This document shows positions 1-11,814 of a DNA stretch of 48,649 nt, one piece after another; the stretch's first letter is position 1; every line of letters begins with the position of its first letter. A model generated the notes under the pieces. The model did no database searches. It had not been told where the DNA came from and saw only the letters and a program-made list of their open reading frames with translations. Source of the DNA: Pseudomonadota bacterium (GTDB lineage Bacteria; Pseudomonadota; Gammaproteobacteria; Xanthomonadales; Xanthomonadaceae); contig JAEXLY010000159.1 in the NCBI GenBank assembly GCA_023444765.1, positions 1-48,649 on the forward strand, read 5' to 3'. The position numbers and the translations under genes are program-made.

Positions 1-411
1 GCGCGCCGGGCGTTCGCGTGGATGCGCGGCATGCCGCGCAAGCCATACACGCTCACCGCGCCCTGGATCGCGCGCAGGACATCCAGTCTTGCTGGCCGCG
101 GTCCCGGTCGCGGGTGCGAAGCTCACCGGCTCTGCTGGCCCGGCCTTCGGTCGCCCGTGGGCCTCGATGATCCAGGCCGCGTCAAGGAACGGTCAGCAGG
201 GGCTCCGGGCTGGGGATTACGGATGGCAGCGCATGGATACGCTGCGGCGGCGAGGCAGCCATGGGTGAACGCCGGGCGCGGCGCCGGCCGGGTCGCGACG
301 CGGGTTGACCGGGCCGGGGAGCAATACCCGCAGCGACGGCGTCCGTCCGCAAGCCCGGAACCACCACCCGATCCCCGTCCGCCCGGCTTCCCGGGAGTGG
401 AGAACAGCCAC

Positions 412-438
412 AAAAAAGCCCCGGAAGTCCGGGGCTTC
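412..438 (-). terminator. Rho-independent terminator downstream of tRNA-Pro
   Basis: Minus strand GAAGCCCCGGA-CT-TCCGGGGC followed by a T6 run. Confidence 0.8.
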
Positions 439-471
439 TGCAAGTACGCGGGTGAACCCGCGATGCTGAAT

Positions 472-548
472 TGGTCGGGGTAGCCGGATTCGAACCGACG
501 ACCACTTGTCCCCCAGACAAGTGCGCTACCAGGCTGCGCTATACCCCG
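472..548 (-). tRNA. tRNA-Pro(GGG)
   Basis: Reverse complement CGGGGTATAGCGCAGCCTGGTAGCGCACTTGTCTGGGGGACAAGTGGTCGTCGGTTCGAATCCGGCTACCCCGACCA; 77-nt cloverleaf, GGG anticodon, TTCGA loop, CCA end; usual position after ihfA-merR. Confidence 0.97.
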
Positions 549-560
549 GATCGGGTGGCG

Positions 561-566
561 ATTATA
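561..566 (-). promoter_or_regulatory. -10 box of tRNA-Pro promoter
   Basis: TATAAT on minus strand 12 nt upstream of the tRNA, followed by GC-rich discriminator; no clear -35. Confidence 0.55.
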
Positions 567-630
567 CGCGACCGGACGCGTTCGGGGTCGGCTCCGTGGC
601 TGAACCGTTCCGCGGATGGGTCGCGTCGCC

Positions 631-987
631 CTAGCGCTTGAGCAGCGCCAGGATCTCCTCCAGCTCCATGCGCACCTGGCGCACGATCTGGCTGCTCATG
701 GTCGATTCCTGCTTCGCACCCTCGCCTTCCAGGCGCAGGCGGGCACCGCCGATGGTGTAGCCCTGCTCGTAGAGCAGGCCGCGGATCTGGCGCACCATCA
801 GCACGTCGTGGCGCTGGTAATAGCGGCGGTTGCCACGGCGCTTGACGGGCTTGAGGCTCGGGAACTCGGTCTCCCAGTAGCGCAGCACGTGCGGCTTGAC
901 GTCGCACAGCTCGCTGACTTCGCCGATGGTGAAGTAGCGTTTGGCCGGGATCGGCGGGAGTTCGCGGTTGCTGCCCGGATCAAGCAT
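631..987 (-). CDS. MerR-family HTH regulator (ihfA-linked), 118 aa
   Basis: [39 protein letters not shown]...; conserved position after ihfA; start ATG overlaps end of ihfA. Confidence 0.92.
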   Translation of the reverse strand: MLDPGSNRELPPIPAKRYFTIGEVSELCDVKPHVLRYWETEFPSLKPVKRRGNRRYYQRHDVLMVRQIRGLLYEQGYTIGGARLRLEGEGAKQESTMSSQIVRQVRMELEEILALLKR

Positions 988-1282
988 CGTGCGGCCCGGT
1001 GTAGGTTTCCACGCGTTCCTTGAGCTTCTGCCCCGGGCGGAAGGTGACCACGGTGCGCGCGGAGATCGGGATCTCCTCGCCGGTCTTGGGGTTGCGCCCG
1101 GGGCGCTCGTTCTTGCGGCGCAGGTCGAAGTTGCCGAAGCCCGAGAGCTTGACCTGGCGGCCCTGCTCGAGCCCCTCGCGCAACACGCCGAAGAACGCAT
1201 CGACGAACTCCTTCGCCTCGCGCTTGTTGAGCCCGACTTCCTCGTAGAGCTTTTCGGCCATTTCCGCCTTCGTCAACGCCAC
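980..1282 (-). CDS. ihfA: Integration host factor subunit alpha
   Basis: ALTKAEMAE...[45 protein letters not shown]; follows pheT; GTG start. Confidence 0.97.
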   Translation of the reverse strand: MALTKAEMAEKLYEEVGLNKREAKEFVDAFFGVLREGLEQGRQVKLSGFGNFDLRRKNERPGRNPKTGEEIPISARTVVTFRPGQKLKERVETYTGPHDA

Positions 1283-1303
1283 GCCATTCCCCCGGATACC
1301 ACG

Positions 1304-3688
1304 TCAGCTTCTGATCCTGGCGCCATGCTCCTGCTGCAGCGCTGCGATGACCGCAGCCACCGCGACATCCACGTCACTTTCGGTGAGAGTGCGCGAATTG
1401 TCTTGGAGAATCAAGCCAGTTGCGAGACTTCTGAATCCTGGATCGACCCCTTTCCCGACATAACGGTCGAACAGCCGGAGTTCGGCCAGCAGCGGGCCCG
1501 CGGCTTGGCGGATGCTGGCCTCCAGCGCCGACCAGGGCACGCCCTCGGGGGCGACGAACGCGAGATCCCGGCGGACGGACGGATAGCGCGACAGCGCGCG
1601 GGCGCGCGGAACCTCGCGCCGGCGCAGCGGCTCCAGGTCCAGTTCGAAGGCCAGCAGGGTGCCCTCGATATCCAGCGCGCGCAGCAGGCGCGGATGCAGT
1701 TCGCCGATCCAGCCCAGGCGTACCGGCGCCTCGCCATCGATGCGCACGACCTCCGCGCTGCGGCCGGGGTGTCCATGCGGCGCGTTCGACGGGCGGTACT
1801 CCAGTCGCGCGCCGGTGCATGCCGCCAGGCTGTCGAGGTCGCCGCGCAGATCGTGGAAATCCGCAGGGCGCGGCGCCACGCCCCACTGCTCGGCCCGCGC
1901 GCTGCCCTGGATGACCGCGGCGATGCGCGGCGTTTCCACCGGCGCTTCGCCCTCGGCCTGCGCGAACACCTTGCCCAGCTCGAACAGGCGCACGCGCGAC
2001 TGCTGGCGCGCCAGGTTGCGGGCGGCCGCGGCCACCAGTCCGGGCAGCAGTTGCGTGCGCATCACCCCCAGTTCGGCGCTGAGCGGGTTGGCCAGTTCCA
2101 CAGCGCCCGCCCCGGCCTGCCAGGCCCGCAGCAGGGAGTGGTCGACGAAGGCGAAACTGACGGCCTCGAAGTAGCCGCGCGCCACGAGATGCGCACGCAG
2201 TTCATCCTCGCCTGCGCGGGTTTCGCCCGGCACGGCGATGCGCGCAGCAGCGCCCGGCAAGGTCGTGGGGATCGCGTCGTAACCGTGGATTCGCGCGACC
2301 TCCTCGATCAGGTCCTCCTCGATCGCGATGTCGAAGCGACGGCTGGGCGGCAACACCCGCCACCCCCCGTCGATTGCCGAAACCTCCATACCAAGCGCGC
2401 ACAGGATCCGCGAGACTCCGGCATCGGGCACATCCAGGCCCAGCACGCGCGCCAGGCGCGCGCGCCGCAGGACGATGGGCTGCGGCTGCGGCAGGTGGTC
2501 GGGCAGCACCGCCTCGACCACCGGTCCCGGCTGGCCACCCGCTATGTCGAGGACCAGCCGGGTGGCCAGTTCGATCGCGGCACGCGGGAGCGCCGGATCG
2601 ACGCCCCGTTCGAAACGGTGCGCGGCGTCGGTGTGCATGCCCAGTCGCCGGCTGCGGCCGATGATCGCCGCTGGCGCGAAGTGCGCCGATTCCAGGAACA
2701 CGTTGCGCGTGGTGTCGGTAACGCGGGTATCGAAGCCGCCCATCACCCCGGCCAGTGCGACCACGCGGTCGGCGTCGGTCACGGCCAGGAACTCGTCGTC
2801 CAGGGCCACCTCGCGACCGTCGAGCAGCTTCAATGTCTCGCCGCCGCGCGCCCTGCGCACGCCGACCGGGCCGGTGAGCAGGTCGCGGTCGAATGCATGC
2901 ATGGGCTGGCCCAGTTCCAGCATCACGTACTGGGTCACGTCGACCAGCAGGCTCACCGGGCGCACGCCGCTGCGGCGCAGGCGCTCGGCCATCCACACCG
3001 GCGTGGCCGCGGCCGCGTCCACGCCCTCGATCACACGGCCGAGGTAGCGCGGCGCGTCGGCACCGGCGTCGAGTCGCACCGGCAGCGTGGCCTCGATCGA
3101 CGCGGGAACCGGGGTCGGTTCGAACGGCGCCACTTCGCTGCCCACCGCCGCCGCCACGTCGAACGCGATACCGCGCAGGCTGAAGCAGTCGGCGCGATTG
3201 GGGGTGAGTTTGATCTCGATGCTGGCATCGGGCAGGCCGAGGTAGTCGGCCAGCGGCGCGCCCACCGGCGCATCCTCCGGCAGCTCCAGCAGGCCCGAAG
3301 CATCGGCATCGATGCCCAGTTCCTTCGCCGAGCACAGCATGCCGTTGGACGCCACGCCGCGCAGTTTCGCCGCCTTGATGGTGAGCTCGCCGACCTGCGC
3401 GCCGATGGTCGCCAGCGGGGCCACCAGCCCCGGTCGCGCGTTGGGTGCGCCGCAGACGATCTGCAGCGTCCCCCCCCGCCCGGCATCGACCTGGCAGACC
3501 TGCAGGCGGTCCGCCTCGGGATGCTTCTCCGCCGACACGATGCGCGCCACCACCACGCCGTCCAGGGTTTCGCCCAGCGCCGAGACATCCTCGACCTCAA
3601 GACCGATCGCGGTCAGCACCTCGGCCAGGCGCTCGCGCGTCGCGTCGGTGGGGACGTGCTGGCGGAGCCAGTTTTCGCTGAATTTCAT
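1304..3688 (-). CDS. pheT: Phenylalanine--tRNA ligase beta subunit
   Basis: MKFSENWL start, tRNA-binding OB fold (HPEADRLQVC, IVCGAPN), TPNRADC, RFERGVDP, C-terminal SRYPSVRRD; 794 aa. Confidence 0.98.
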   Translation of the reverse strand: MKFSENWLRQHVPTDATRERLAEVLTAIGLEVEDVSALGETLDGVVVARIVSAEKHPEADRLQVCQVDAGRGGTLQIVCGAPNARPGLVAPLATIGAQVGELTIKAAKLRGVASNGMLCSAKELGIDADASGLLELPEDAPVGAPLADYLGLPDASIEIKLTPNRADCFSLRGIAFDVAAAVGSEVAPFEPTPVPASIEATLPVRLDAGADAPRYLGRVIEGVDAAAATPVWMAERLRRSGVRPVSLLVDVTQYVMLELGQPMHAFDRDLLTGPVGVRRARGGETLKLLDGREVALDDEFLAVTDADRVVALAGVMGGFDTRVTDTTRNVFLESAHFAPAAIIGRSRRLGMHTDAAHRFERGVDPALPRAAIELATRLVLDIAGGQPGPVVEAVLPDHLPQPQPIVLRRARLARVLGLDVPDAGVSRILCALGMEVSAIDGGWRVLPPSRRFDIAIEEDLIEEVARIHGYDAIPTTLPGAAARIAVPGETRAGEDELRAHLVARGYFEAVSFAFVDHSLLRAWQAGAGAVELANPLSAELGVMRTQLLPGLVAAAARNLARQQSRVRLFELGKVFAQAEGEAPVETPRIAAVIQGSARAEQWGVAPRPADFHDLRGDLDSLAACTGARLEYRPSNAPHGHPGRSAEVVRIDGEAPVRLGWIGELHPRLLRALDIEGTLLAFELDLEPLRRREVPRARALSRYPSVRRDLAFVAPEGVPWSALEASIRQAAGPLLAELRLFDRYVGKGVDPGFRSLATGLILQDNSRTLTESDVDVAVAAVIAALQQEHGARIRS

Positions 3689-3700
3689 GGACGAAATTCC

Positions 3701-3798
3701 GTGATTCGTGATTGGTGGTTCGTGATTCGAAACAGCAGGAACAGGCAACTGGAGTTCGCGACGGCAGTCCGCTTCTGCGAATCACCAATCACGAATCA
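3701..3798. repeat. Heptamer-based inverted repeat element, copy 1 (pheS-pheT spacer)
   Basis: GTGATTC GTGATTG GTGGTTC GTGATTC ... GAATCAC CAATCAC GAATCA. Confidence 0.85.
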
Positions 3799-3804
3799 AG
3801 TTCC

Positions 3805-5383
<1,579 letters not shown>

Positions 5384-5396
5384 TGTTCAGCCCTCC

Positions 5397-5600
5397 TCAG
5401 AGATACGGAAGCATGCGGTCCAGACGGCCCGCGTCCTCGGCACGAACATGGTTCGTCTGCCGCAGGTTGCGCTTCCGCTTGGTCGCCTTCTTGGTGAGGA
5501 TGTGGCTGGTGTTGGCGTGGCCTGCCTTGTACTTGCCGGAAGCGGTCTTCCGGAAGCGCTTGGCCGCGCCGCGATGCGTCTTGATCTTGATCTTTGACAT
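5397..5600 (-). CDS. rpmI: 50S ribosomal protein L35
   Basis: [15 protein letters not shown]...[15 protein letters not shown]; between infC and rplT. Confidence 0.98.
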   Translation of the reverse strand: MSKIKIKTHRGAAKRFRKTASGKYKAGHANTSHILTKKATKRKRNLRQTNHVRAEDAGRLDRMLPYL

Positions 5601-5795
5601 AGCGGTGTCCTGGGGTCGTTTCTAGTACTGGTCCGGGCGGCGTCCCCTCACGTCGGGCCTTGCGGCTGAGCCGCGGCACCATCCGTTCGAACGCGCTTTC
5701 CTTCCTGCCTGACCGGTTTGTAAGCCTCTGATTCCCGGAGGAAACAGGGCGGGTCCAAGGTCTTGCGAGTAGCGCCCGGGCGAACCGGGCCGGCC

Positions 5796-5824
5796 ATTAT
5801 GCCTGCTGGGGGGCGGGCCTGCAA
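5796..5824 (-). promoter_or_regulatory. Sigma70-type promoter for rpmI-rplT
   Basis: TTGCAG-N17-CATAAT on minus strand about 195 nt upstream of rpmI. Confidence 0.6.
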
Positions 5825-5843
5825 TCCAGAGCCGTCCGCCGCG

Positions 5844-5970
5844 CTCCCTCCCCCCCTCGCGGGGGAGGGCCGGGGTGGGGTCCGCCGGAGCGAGGCTGCC
5901 AGAAAAGCGAAGCGCGCCTGACGGCGCGCTCCCCCACCCTTTGCCCTCCCCCGTGAACGGGTGGAGGGGA
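5844..5970. repeat. REP/MITE-like palindromic element between infC and rpmI
   Basis: CCCTCCCCC..GCGGGGGAGGGCCGGGGTGGGG ... CCCCACCCTTTGCCCTCCCCCGTGAACGGGTGGAGGGG; terminal hairpins in inverted arrangement. Confidence 0.7.
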
Positions 5971-6003
5971 ACGGGATGCCTCACGCGCCTTCAGCGCGTG
6001 GGT

Positions 6004-6525
6004 TCACTTCTTCTTGGGGGCGATCATCATCACCATCTGCCGGCCTTCCAGGCGCGGGCGCGATTCGATGACGATGTCCTCGCCGAGGTCGGCCTCGATC
6101 CGTGCCGCCATCTCGCGACCCAGTTCCTGGTGGCTCATCTCGCGGCCACGGAAGCGGATGTTGACCTTGATCTTGTCGCCTTCCTCTAGGAACTCGCGCA
6201 TCTTGCGCAGCTTGATCTGGTAGTCGCCCTCGTCGGTGACCGGACGGAACTTCACTTCCTTGATCTCGACCTGCTTGGACTTCTTCTTGGCCTCGTTGGC
6301 CTTCTTCTGCATTTCGAACTTGAACTTGCCGAAGTCCATGATCTTGCAGACCGGCGGATCCGCGTTGGGCTGGATCTCCACCAGGTCGAGGCCTTCGTCC
6401 TGGGCCATTTGCAATGCTTCGTCGCGCGACAACACGCCGACCATCTCGCCGTCGGACCCGATCACGCGCACGCGCGGCACGCGGATCTCGTTGTTGCGTC
6501 GATTCTGCTTGTCCTGGGTGCTAAT
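6004..6525 (-). CDS. infC: Translation initiation factor IF-3 (ATT start)
   Basis: [35 protein letters not shown] extends in frame to ATT at 6525 preceded by GGAG. Confidence 0.97.
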   Translation of the reverse strand: MSTQDKQNRRNNEIRVPRVRVIGSDGEMVGVLSRDEALQMAQDEGLDLVEIQPNADPPVCKIMDFGKFKFEMQKKANEAKKKSKQVEIKEVKFRPVTDEGDYQIKLRKMREFLEEGDKIKVNIRFRGREMSHQELGREMAARIEADLGEDIVIESRPRLEGRQMVMMIAPKKK

Positions 6526-6621
6526 ACTGCGTCTCCGGAAAGGGGGAGGCGGGCACGCTCAGCGGCGCCCGCCAGGGCCGTAGGTACGGATTTTTAACGG
6601 ATTCGGGCCGCGATACAACTG

Positions 6622-8526
6622 TCAGCCGCGGTTTTCCGACAGCAGGCGTTCGGCGAAGGCCTCCACAGGCATGCTGCCCAGGTCCTCGCCCGCCCGTGTC
6701 CGGACCGCCACCGCGCCGGCCTCCTTCTCGCGCTCGCCGACCACCAGCAGGTAAGGCACGCGCTGGAGGGTATGTTCGCGGATCTTGTAGCCGACCTTCT
6801 CGTTGCGCAGGTCGGACTGCACGCGAAACCCCTTTGAATTCAGTGAGTTGACCACCTCACTCACGGCATCGGCTTGGGCGTCGGTGATGTTCATCACCAC
6901 CGCCTGGACCGGCGCCAGCCAGGCCGGGAAGGCGCCGGCATGGTGCTCGATCAGGATCCCGATGAAGCGCTCCATGGAGCCGACGATGGCCCGGTGCAGC
7001 ATCACCGGGGTGCGGCGCTGGCTGTGCTCGTCCACGTACTCGGCGCCGAGCCGCCCGGGCATCATGAAATCGACCTGCATGGTCCCCAGCTGCCAGGTGC
7101 GGCCGATGGCGTCGCGCAGGTGGTATTCGATCTTGGGGCCGTAGAAGGCGCCCTCCCCTGGCAGTTCCTGCCACTCCACGCCCGAGGCGCGCAGGGCCGA
7201 GCGCAGGGCCTCCTCGGCCTTGTCCCAAGTGGCGTCGTCGCCCAGGCGGTTCTCGGGGCGCAAAGCGATCTTGATCTGGATGTCCCCGAAGCCGAAGTCG
7301 GTATAGACCTTCAGCGCCTGGGCGTGGAACGCGCGCACCTCGGACTCGACCTGTTCCTCGGTGCAGAACACGTGGCCGTCGTCCTGGGTGAAGCCGCGCA
7401 CGCGCAGGATGCCGTGCAGCGCGCCCGAAGGTTCGTTGCGGTGGCAGGCGCCGAACTCGCCGTAGCGGATCGGCAGGTCACGGTAGCTGTGCAGCCCCTG
7501 GTTGAACACCTGGACATGGCCCGGGCAGTTCATCGGCTTCACCGAGTAGGTCCGTTTCTCGGACTCGGTGAAGAACATGTTGTCCTGGTAGTTGTCCCAG
7601 TGGCCGGACTTCTTCCACAACTCCACGTCCAGGATCTGCGGGCAGCGCACCTCGCCGTAGCCGGTCTCGCGGTACACGCGGCGCATGTACTGCTCCACCA
7701 CCTGCCACAGCGCCCAGCCCTTGGGATGCCAGAACACGAGGCCGGGGGCCTCTTCCTGCAGGTGGAACAGGTCCTGCGCCTTGCCGATGCGGCGATGGTC
7801 GCGCTTCTCGGCTTCCTCGATGCGCTGGATGTAGGCCTTGAGCTGCTTCTCGTCGGCCCAGGCGGTGCCGTAGATACGCTGCAGCTGCTCGTTCTTCGAA
7901 TCGCCGCGCCAGTACGCGCCCGAGATGCGGGTGAGCTTGAAGGCCTTGAGGAAGCGCGTGTTGGGCACGTGCGGACCGCGGCACATGTCCACGTATTCCT
8001 GGTGGTGGTAGAGGCCCATGGCGGTGACTTCCGGGCCCATGTCGTCGATCAGGCGCAGCTTGTAATCCTCGCCGCGGGCCCTGAATACCTCCACCACCTC
8101 CGCGCGCGGGGTCATCTTCTTGACCACGTCGTAATCCTGCGCGATCAGCTCGCGCATGCGATGCTCGATCGCCGCCAGGTCGTCGGGCGTGAACGGCCGC
8201 TCGCTGTGGACGTCGTAGTAGAAGCCGTCCTCGATCACCGGACCGATCACCATCTTCACTTCCGGGTACAACTGCTTGACCGCGTGCCCGACCAGGTGCG
8301 CGGCCGAGTGGCGGATGATCTCCACCCCTTCCGGGTCCTTCGGAGTCAGGATCTGCAGCGACGCGTCGCGATCGATCAGGTCGCAGGCATCGACCTGGCG
8401 ACCGTCGACCTTGCCGGCCACGGTGGCCTTGGCCAGGCCGGGGCCGATCGACCGGGCCACGTCCATGACCGTGACCGGATGTTCGAACTCGCGGCGGCTG
8501 CCGTCTGGGAGGGTGATGGTGATCAT
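6622..8526 (-). CDS. thrS: Threonine--tRNA ligase
   Basis: [13 protein letters not shown] domain, [37 protein letters not shown]; 634 aa. Confidence 0.99.
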   Translation of the reverse strand: MITITLPDGSRREFEHPVTVMDVARSIGPGLAKATVAGKVDGRQVDACDLIDRDASLQILTPKDPEGVEIIRHSAAHLVGHAVKQLYPEVKMVIGPVIEDGFYYDVHSERPFTPDDLAAIEHRMRELIAQDYDVVKKMTPRAEVVEVFRARGEDYKLRLIDDMGPEVTAMGLYHHQEYVDMCRGPHVPNTRFLKAFKLTRISGAYWRGDSKNEQLQRIYGTAWADEKQLKAYIQRIEEAEKRDHRRIGKAQDLFHLQEEAPGLVFWHPKGWALWQVVEQYMRRVYRETGYGEVRCPQILDVELWKKSGHWDNYQDNMFFTESEKRTYSVKPMNCPGHVQVFNQGLHSYRDLPIRYGEFGACHRNEPSGALHGILRVRGFTQDDGHVFCTEEQVESEVRAFHAQALKVYTDFGFGDIQIKIALRPENRLGDDATWDKAEEALRSALRASGVEWQELPGEGAFYGPKIEYHLRDAIGRTWQLGTMQVDFMMPGRLGAEYVDEHSQRRTPVMLHRAIVGSMERFIGILIEHHAGAFPAWLAPVQAVVMNITDAQADAVSEVVNSLNSKGFRVQSDLRNEKVGYKIREHTLQRVPYLLVVGEREKEAGAVAVRTRAGEDLGSMPVEAFAERLLSENRG

Positions 8527-8530
8527 GGGA

Positions 8531-8617
8531 GTGGTTCGTGATTGGTGATTCGTGACTGGTGATTCGCAAGGCGGGTGTCCGGGCTTTCCGGATCACCAGT
8601 CACCAATCGCGAACCAC
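8531..8617. repeat. Heptamer-based inverted repeat element, copy 2 (thrS leader)
   Basis: GTGGTTC GTGATTG GTGATTC GTGACTG GTGATTC ... GGATCAC CAGTCAC CAATCGC GAACCAC. Confidence 0.85.
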
Positions 8618-8632
8618 GGCGCTCCGCGCCAC

Positions 8633-8657
8633 AAAAAAAGCGCCACGAGGGCGCCCT
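8633..8657 (-). terminator. Attenuator terminator upstream of thrS
   Basis: Minus strand AGGGCGCC-CTCGT-GGCGC followed by T7. Confidence 0.8.
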
Positions 8658-8677
8658 GCGGGTGACCTCGGCGATCC

Positions 8678-8704
8678 TCAGCGCTGGGCGGTGGTAGTGC
8701 TCAT
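8678..8704 (-). CDS. thrS leader peptide MSTTTAQR
   Basis: ATG AGC ACT ACC ACC GCC CAG CGC TGA; three tandem Thr codons just before an alternative antiterminator/terminator. Confidence 0.75.
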   Translation of the reverse strand: MSTTTAQR

Positions 8705-8847
8705 GTCGCACGCTCGGCCGGCGTTTCCGCGGGCCACCTCATGGGCGGTGGTGCCGCGATTCTACCCCGGAACCGCGCGTGTTGCGCTGCACCGCCGGCC
8801 ACCGGCGGTCGGTGGCATGATGCCCTGAGCCACCTGCAGCGGGCCGC

Positions 8848-9888
8848 ATGAACATCCGGGGAAAACCCACGTCGCTCGACATCGCACACCTGGCCGGCGT
8901 GTCCCAGCCGACGGTGTCGCGCGCCCTGCGCGGCAGCCCGATGGTGAACGAGGAGACGCGCCGGCGGATCCTGGCCATCGCCGAGCAGCTGAACTACAAG
9001 GTGGACAAGAACGCATCCAACCTGCGGGCCCAGCAGTCGGGCACCCTGGCGCTGCTGCTGTTCGAGGACCCGACCTCGGACGAATCGCACATCAACCCCT
9101 TCTTCCTGCCGATGCTGGGTTCGATCACCCGGGCCTGCGCGCGCCGCGGCAAGGACCTGCTGATCTCGTTCCAGCAGCTGTCCAACGACTGGCACGCCGA
9201 CTACGGCGACAGCCACAAGGCCGACGGACTGATCCTGCTGGGCTACGGCGACTACCTGGCCTACCAGGGCAAGCTGGCCACGCTGATGTCGCAGGGCACG
9301 CCGTTCGTGCGCTGGGGCGCGGTACTGCCGGACCAGCCTGGGCTGTCGATCGGCTGCGACAACATCGGCGGCGGGCGCCAGGCCGGAGAACACCTGGCGC
9401 GGATCGGCCGCCGCCGCGTCGCCTTCCTCGGGGATGCGTCCAGCCACTATCCCGAGTTCCTCGAACGCTACGAAGGCTGCGACGCCGCGCTGCGCGAAGC
9501 GGGGACGTCCCTGGACCGGTCACTGCAGGTGGATGCCGAAAGTTCGGAGGATTCCGGCTACGCGGCCGCGCAGGCGCTGCTCGAGCGGGGCCTGCCGTTC
9601 GACGCGGTGTTCGCGGCCAGCGACCTGATCGCGATCGGCGCGATGCATGCGCTCACGGGGCATGGGTTGCGCATTCCGGAAGACGTGGCGGTGGTGGGCT
9701 TCGACGACATCCCCGCCGCCCGCATCGCCACCCCGGCGCTGACCACGATCAACCAGAACACCACCCTGGCCGGCGAACTGCTGGTGGACAGGCTGGTGGC
9801 GCTGGTGGAAGGGACGCCCGCGGCAAGCGAGCGGCTGCCGGCGACGCTGGTGGTGCGGCGGTCGAGCAGCGAATCCCCGGCTACCTGA
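8848..9888 (+). CDS. LacI-family regulator (MalR-like) of the maltose locus
   Basis: N-terminal HTH TSLDIAHLAGVSQPTVSRAL; sugar-binding domain with IPEDVAVVGFDD and PALTTI. Confidence 0.95.
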   Translation: MNIRGKPTSLDIAHLAGVSQPTVSRALRGSPMVNEETRRRILAIAEQLNYKVDKNASNLRAQQSGTLALLLFEDPTSDESHINPFFLPMLGSITRACARRGKDLLISFQQLSNDWHADYGDSHKADGLILLGYGDYLAYQGKLATLMSQGTPFVRWGAVLPDQPGLSIGCDNIGGGRQAGEHLARIGRRRVAFLGDASSHYPEFLERYEGCDAALREAGTSLDRSLQVDAESSEDSGYAAAQALLERGLPFDAVFAASDLIAIGAMHALTGHGLRIPEDVAVVGFDDIPAARIATPALTTINQNTTLAGELLVDRLVALVEGTPAASERLPATLVVRRSSSESPAT

Positions 9889-10064
9889 TGGATGCATCGC
9901 GCTGGGAAGGCGCACTGCAGCCGGCGCCGTGCATCACCGTGTAGCCGAGGCACCTGTCCCTCCAGAGGCCAGCGAACGGATCGCATACCGGCGCCCGCGC
10001 TGCCCGCCGCCTTGCCTCACGAAGCCGGCTTGCGGGTCCATGCAGGCATCAGCCCGCGCCCGGT

Positions 10065-11813
10065 TCACCGGGCCTTGTCCGCACCGGCCCGGTGTCCGGA
10101 CATCGCCTCGCCCAGCGCCCGCAACAGCCCGGGATCGCTTAGCGGCACGTCGCGCAGGAGCACGCGCACGCCGTGTGCCGGCACCTCGAGGTCGATGCGA
10201 CCTTCGATCTCGACCTCGCTGCCGTCGAAGCCATCGCGCCAGCTGCCGCGTTCCACTGGACCCTCGATGGCGATGCGCGCGGCAGAGTCGCCCTTGTTGA
10301 GCAGAACCAGCGCCGTCTGGGCCACGCCGCCGCGCTGGTAGACACGGTAGAACGCGGCCTGGTCGCCCTCCAGCTTCAGGTTGAGCTGGAGGCCCCGCTG
10401 CAGCGCCGGAGAGTCGCGTCGCAGCCTGGCGATGCGCTGCAGCGGTGCGAAGATCGGGCTCTGTGCCGCCGCATCGATGCGCTCCTGTCCGTAGTAGTTG
10501 CGGTTTCCGGCATGCTCGGCGCGGCCGCGCATGAACCCGGTTTCCGATCCGTAGTAGAGCACCGGGATCCCGCGCGCAGTGAACAGCCAGTTGTGCGCGT
10601 CGATGAAGCCGTCGTCGCTGGCATCCATGCGCGGCATGTCGTGGTTGTCGTAGAACGTGGCCAGATCGTAGGGATTGGCATACGGACCGTCCTGCAGGTG
10701 CAGCGCGGGCGCCAGCCGCTCGTAACCCGCGCCCTTGCGGCCGAACACTTCGTCCATGGCCTGTTTCATGGGGAAATCGAGCACGCTGACCTCGCCGTGC
10801 CCGGGCTGCGTATGCACGGCGATCTTCTCCGCCTCGTAGTCGAAGGCCTCGCCGAACATGAAGAAGCCCGGGCGCTTGCGGCGGATGCGGTCACTGAACT
10901 GCTGCCAGAAGCTGCCCGGCATCCAGGCGATGGTATCGATGCGGAAAGCGTCGGCTCCCTGGTCGATCCACTGTTCGTAGGCACCGGCGAGGTAGTCGAG
11001 CACCGCGGGACTGGTCGCGTCGAAGTCGCTGAGCTGGGCGAGGTTGCCGTCGTAGATCGATCCCTGCGCGGCGTCCACGGGACCGACATTGCCGTAGAAG
11101 GCGTGCAGCGGGTTGCCGGCCGGATCGAGCTGCTGCGGCGGCAGGTTCTGGTGGTCGGCCAGCAACCGCCCTTCGCGATCGTAGATGCGGCCGTACATCG
11201 GCTGGCCGACCGGCATCGTCCAGGCCGGCGAGCCGTGATTGCCGACGATGTCGAGCACGAGCTTCATGTCACGCGCATGCACGGCGCGCGCAAGGTCGGG
11301 GAAGTCCATGCCGGGGCTGGGCAGGTGTTCGTCCACCCGGTAGAAGTTCACGCCCCAGTAGCCGTGGTATCCGGTCTTGCCGCGGTCGCTGAGGAAGCTG
11401 TCGCAGCCGGGCGCCGTGCCGCCGGTAAAGGCTTCGTCCGGGTTGTCGACGATGGGCGTGATCCACACCGCGCCGAAGCCCATGCCATGGATGTAGTCGA
11501 GGTTGGCGGCCAGGCCCTTGAAGTCGCCACCGAGGTAGCCGATGTTGCCGGCCACGCCGTCGCACGGCGCCAGCGGAATGTCGAAGGTGCGGTTGACGCC
11601 GCCCTGGTCGCGGTGGTCGTTGCCCGGATCGCCATTGACGAACCGGTCGGTGAGCACGAAGTACACCGCGTGACTGGCGAAGGGCTCGAGCGTGCCGTGG
11701 AACTCCTGGGCCGCCTCGTCCGCGTCCGCGGCCGGCCTGGCATCCGGACGCGCGTCGCTGCAGGAGACCGCCAGGCAGGCGCAGGCCAGGACGGCAAGAA
11801 TCGATGGGCGCAT
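10065..11813 (-). CDS. GH13 alpha-amylase / cyclomaltodextrin glucanotransferase-like lipoprotein
   Basis: Lipobox LAVSC; YFVLTDRF, GGDFKG, GYHGYW, FRIDT, GEAF, DNHD catalytic regions. Confidence 0.9.
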   Translation of the reverse strand: MRPSILAVLACACLAVSCSDARPDARPAADADEAAQEFHGTLEPFASHAVYFVLTDRFVNGDPGNDHRDQGGVNRTFDIPLAPCDGVAGNIGYLGGDFKGLAANLDYIHGMGFGAVWITPIVDNPDEAFTGGTAPGCDSFLSDRGKTGYHGYWGVNFYRVDEHLPSPGMDFPDLARAVHARDMKLVLDIVGNHGSPAWTMPVGQPMYGRIYDREGRLLADHQNLPPQQLDPAGNPLHAFYGNVGPVDAAQGSIYDGNLAQLSDFDATSPAVLDYLAGAYEQWIDQGADAFRIDTIAWMPGSFWQQFSDRIRRKRPGFFMFGEAFDYEAEKIAVHTQPGHGEVSVLDFPMKQAMDEVFGRKGAGYERLAPALHLQDGPYANPYDLATFYDNHDMPRMDASDDGFIDAHNWLFTARGIPVLYYGSETGFMRGRAEHAGNRNYYGQERIDAAAQSPIFAPLQRIARLRRDSPALQRGLQLNLKLEGDQAAFYRVYQRGGVAQTALVLLNKGDSAARIAIEGPVERGSWRDGFDGSEVEIEGRIDLEVPAHGVRVLLRDVPLSDPGLLRALGEAMSGHRAGADKAR

Positions 11814-11814
11814 G

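Noticed and set aside
1..410. ORFs at the window start
   Set aside because: Low-complexity Arg/Pro/Gly translations with no recognisable family.
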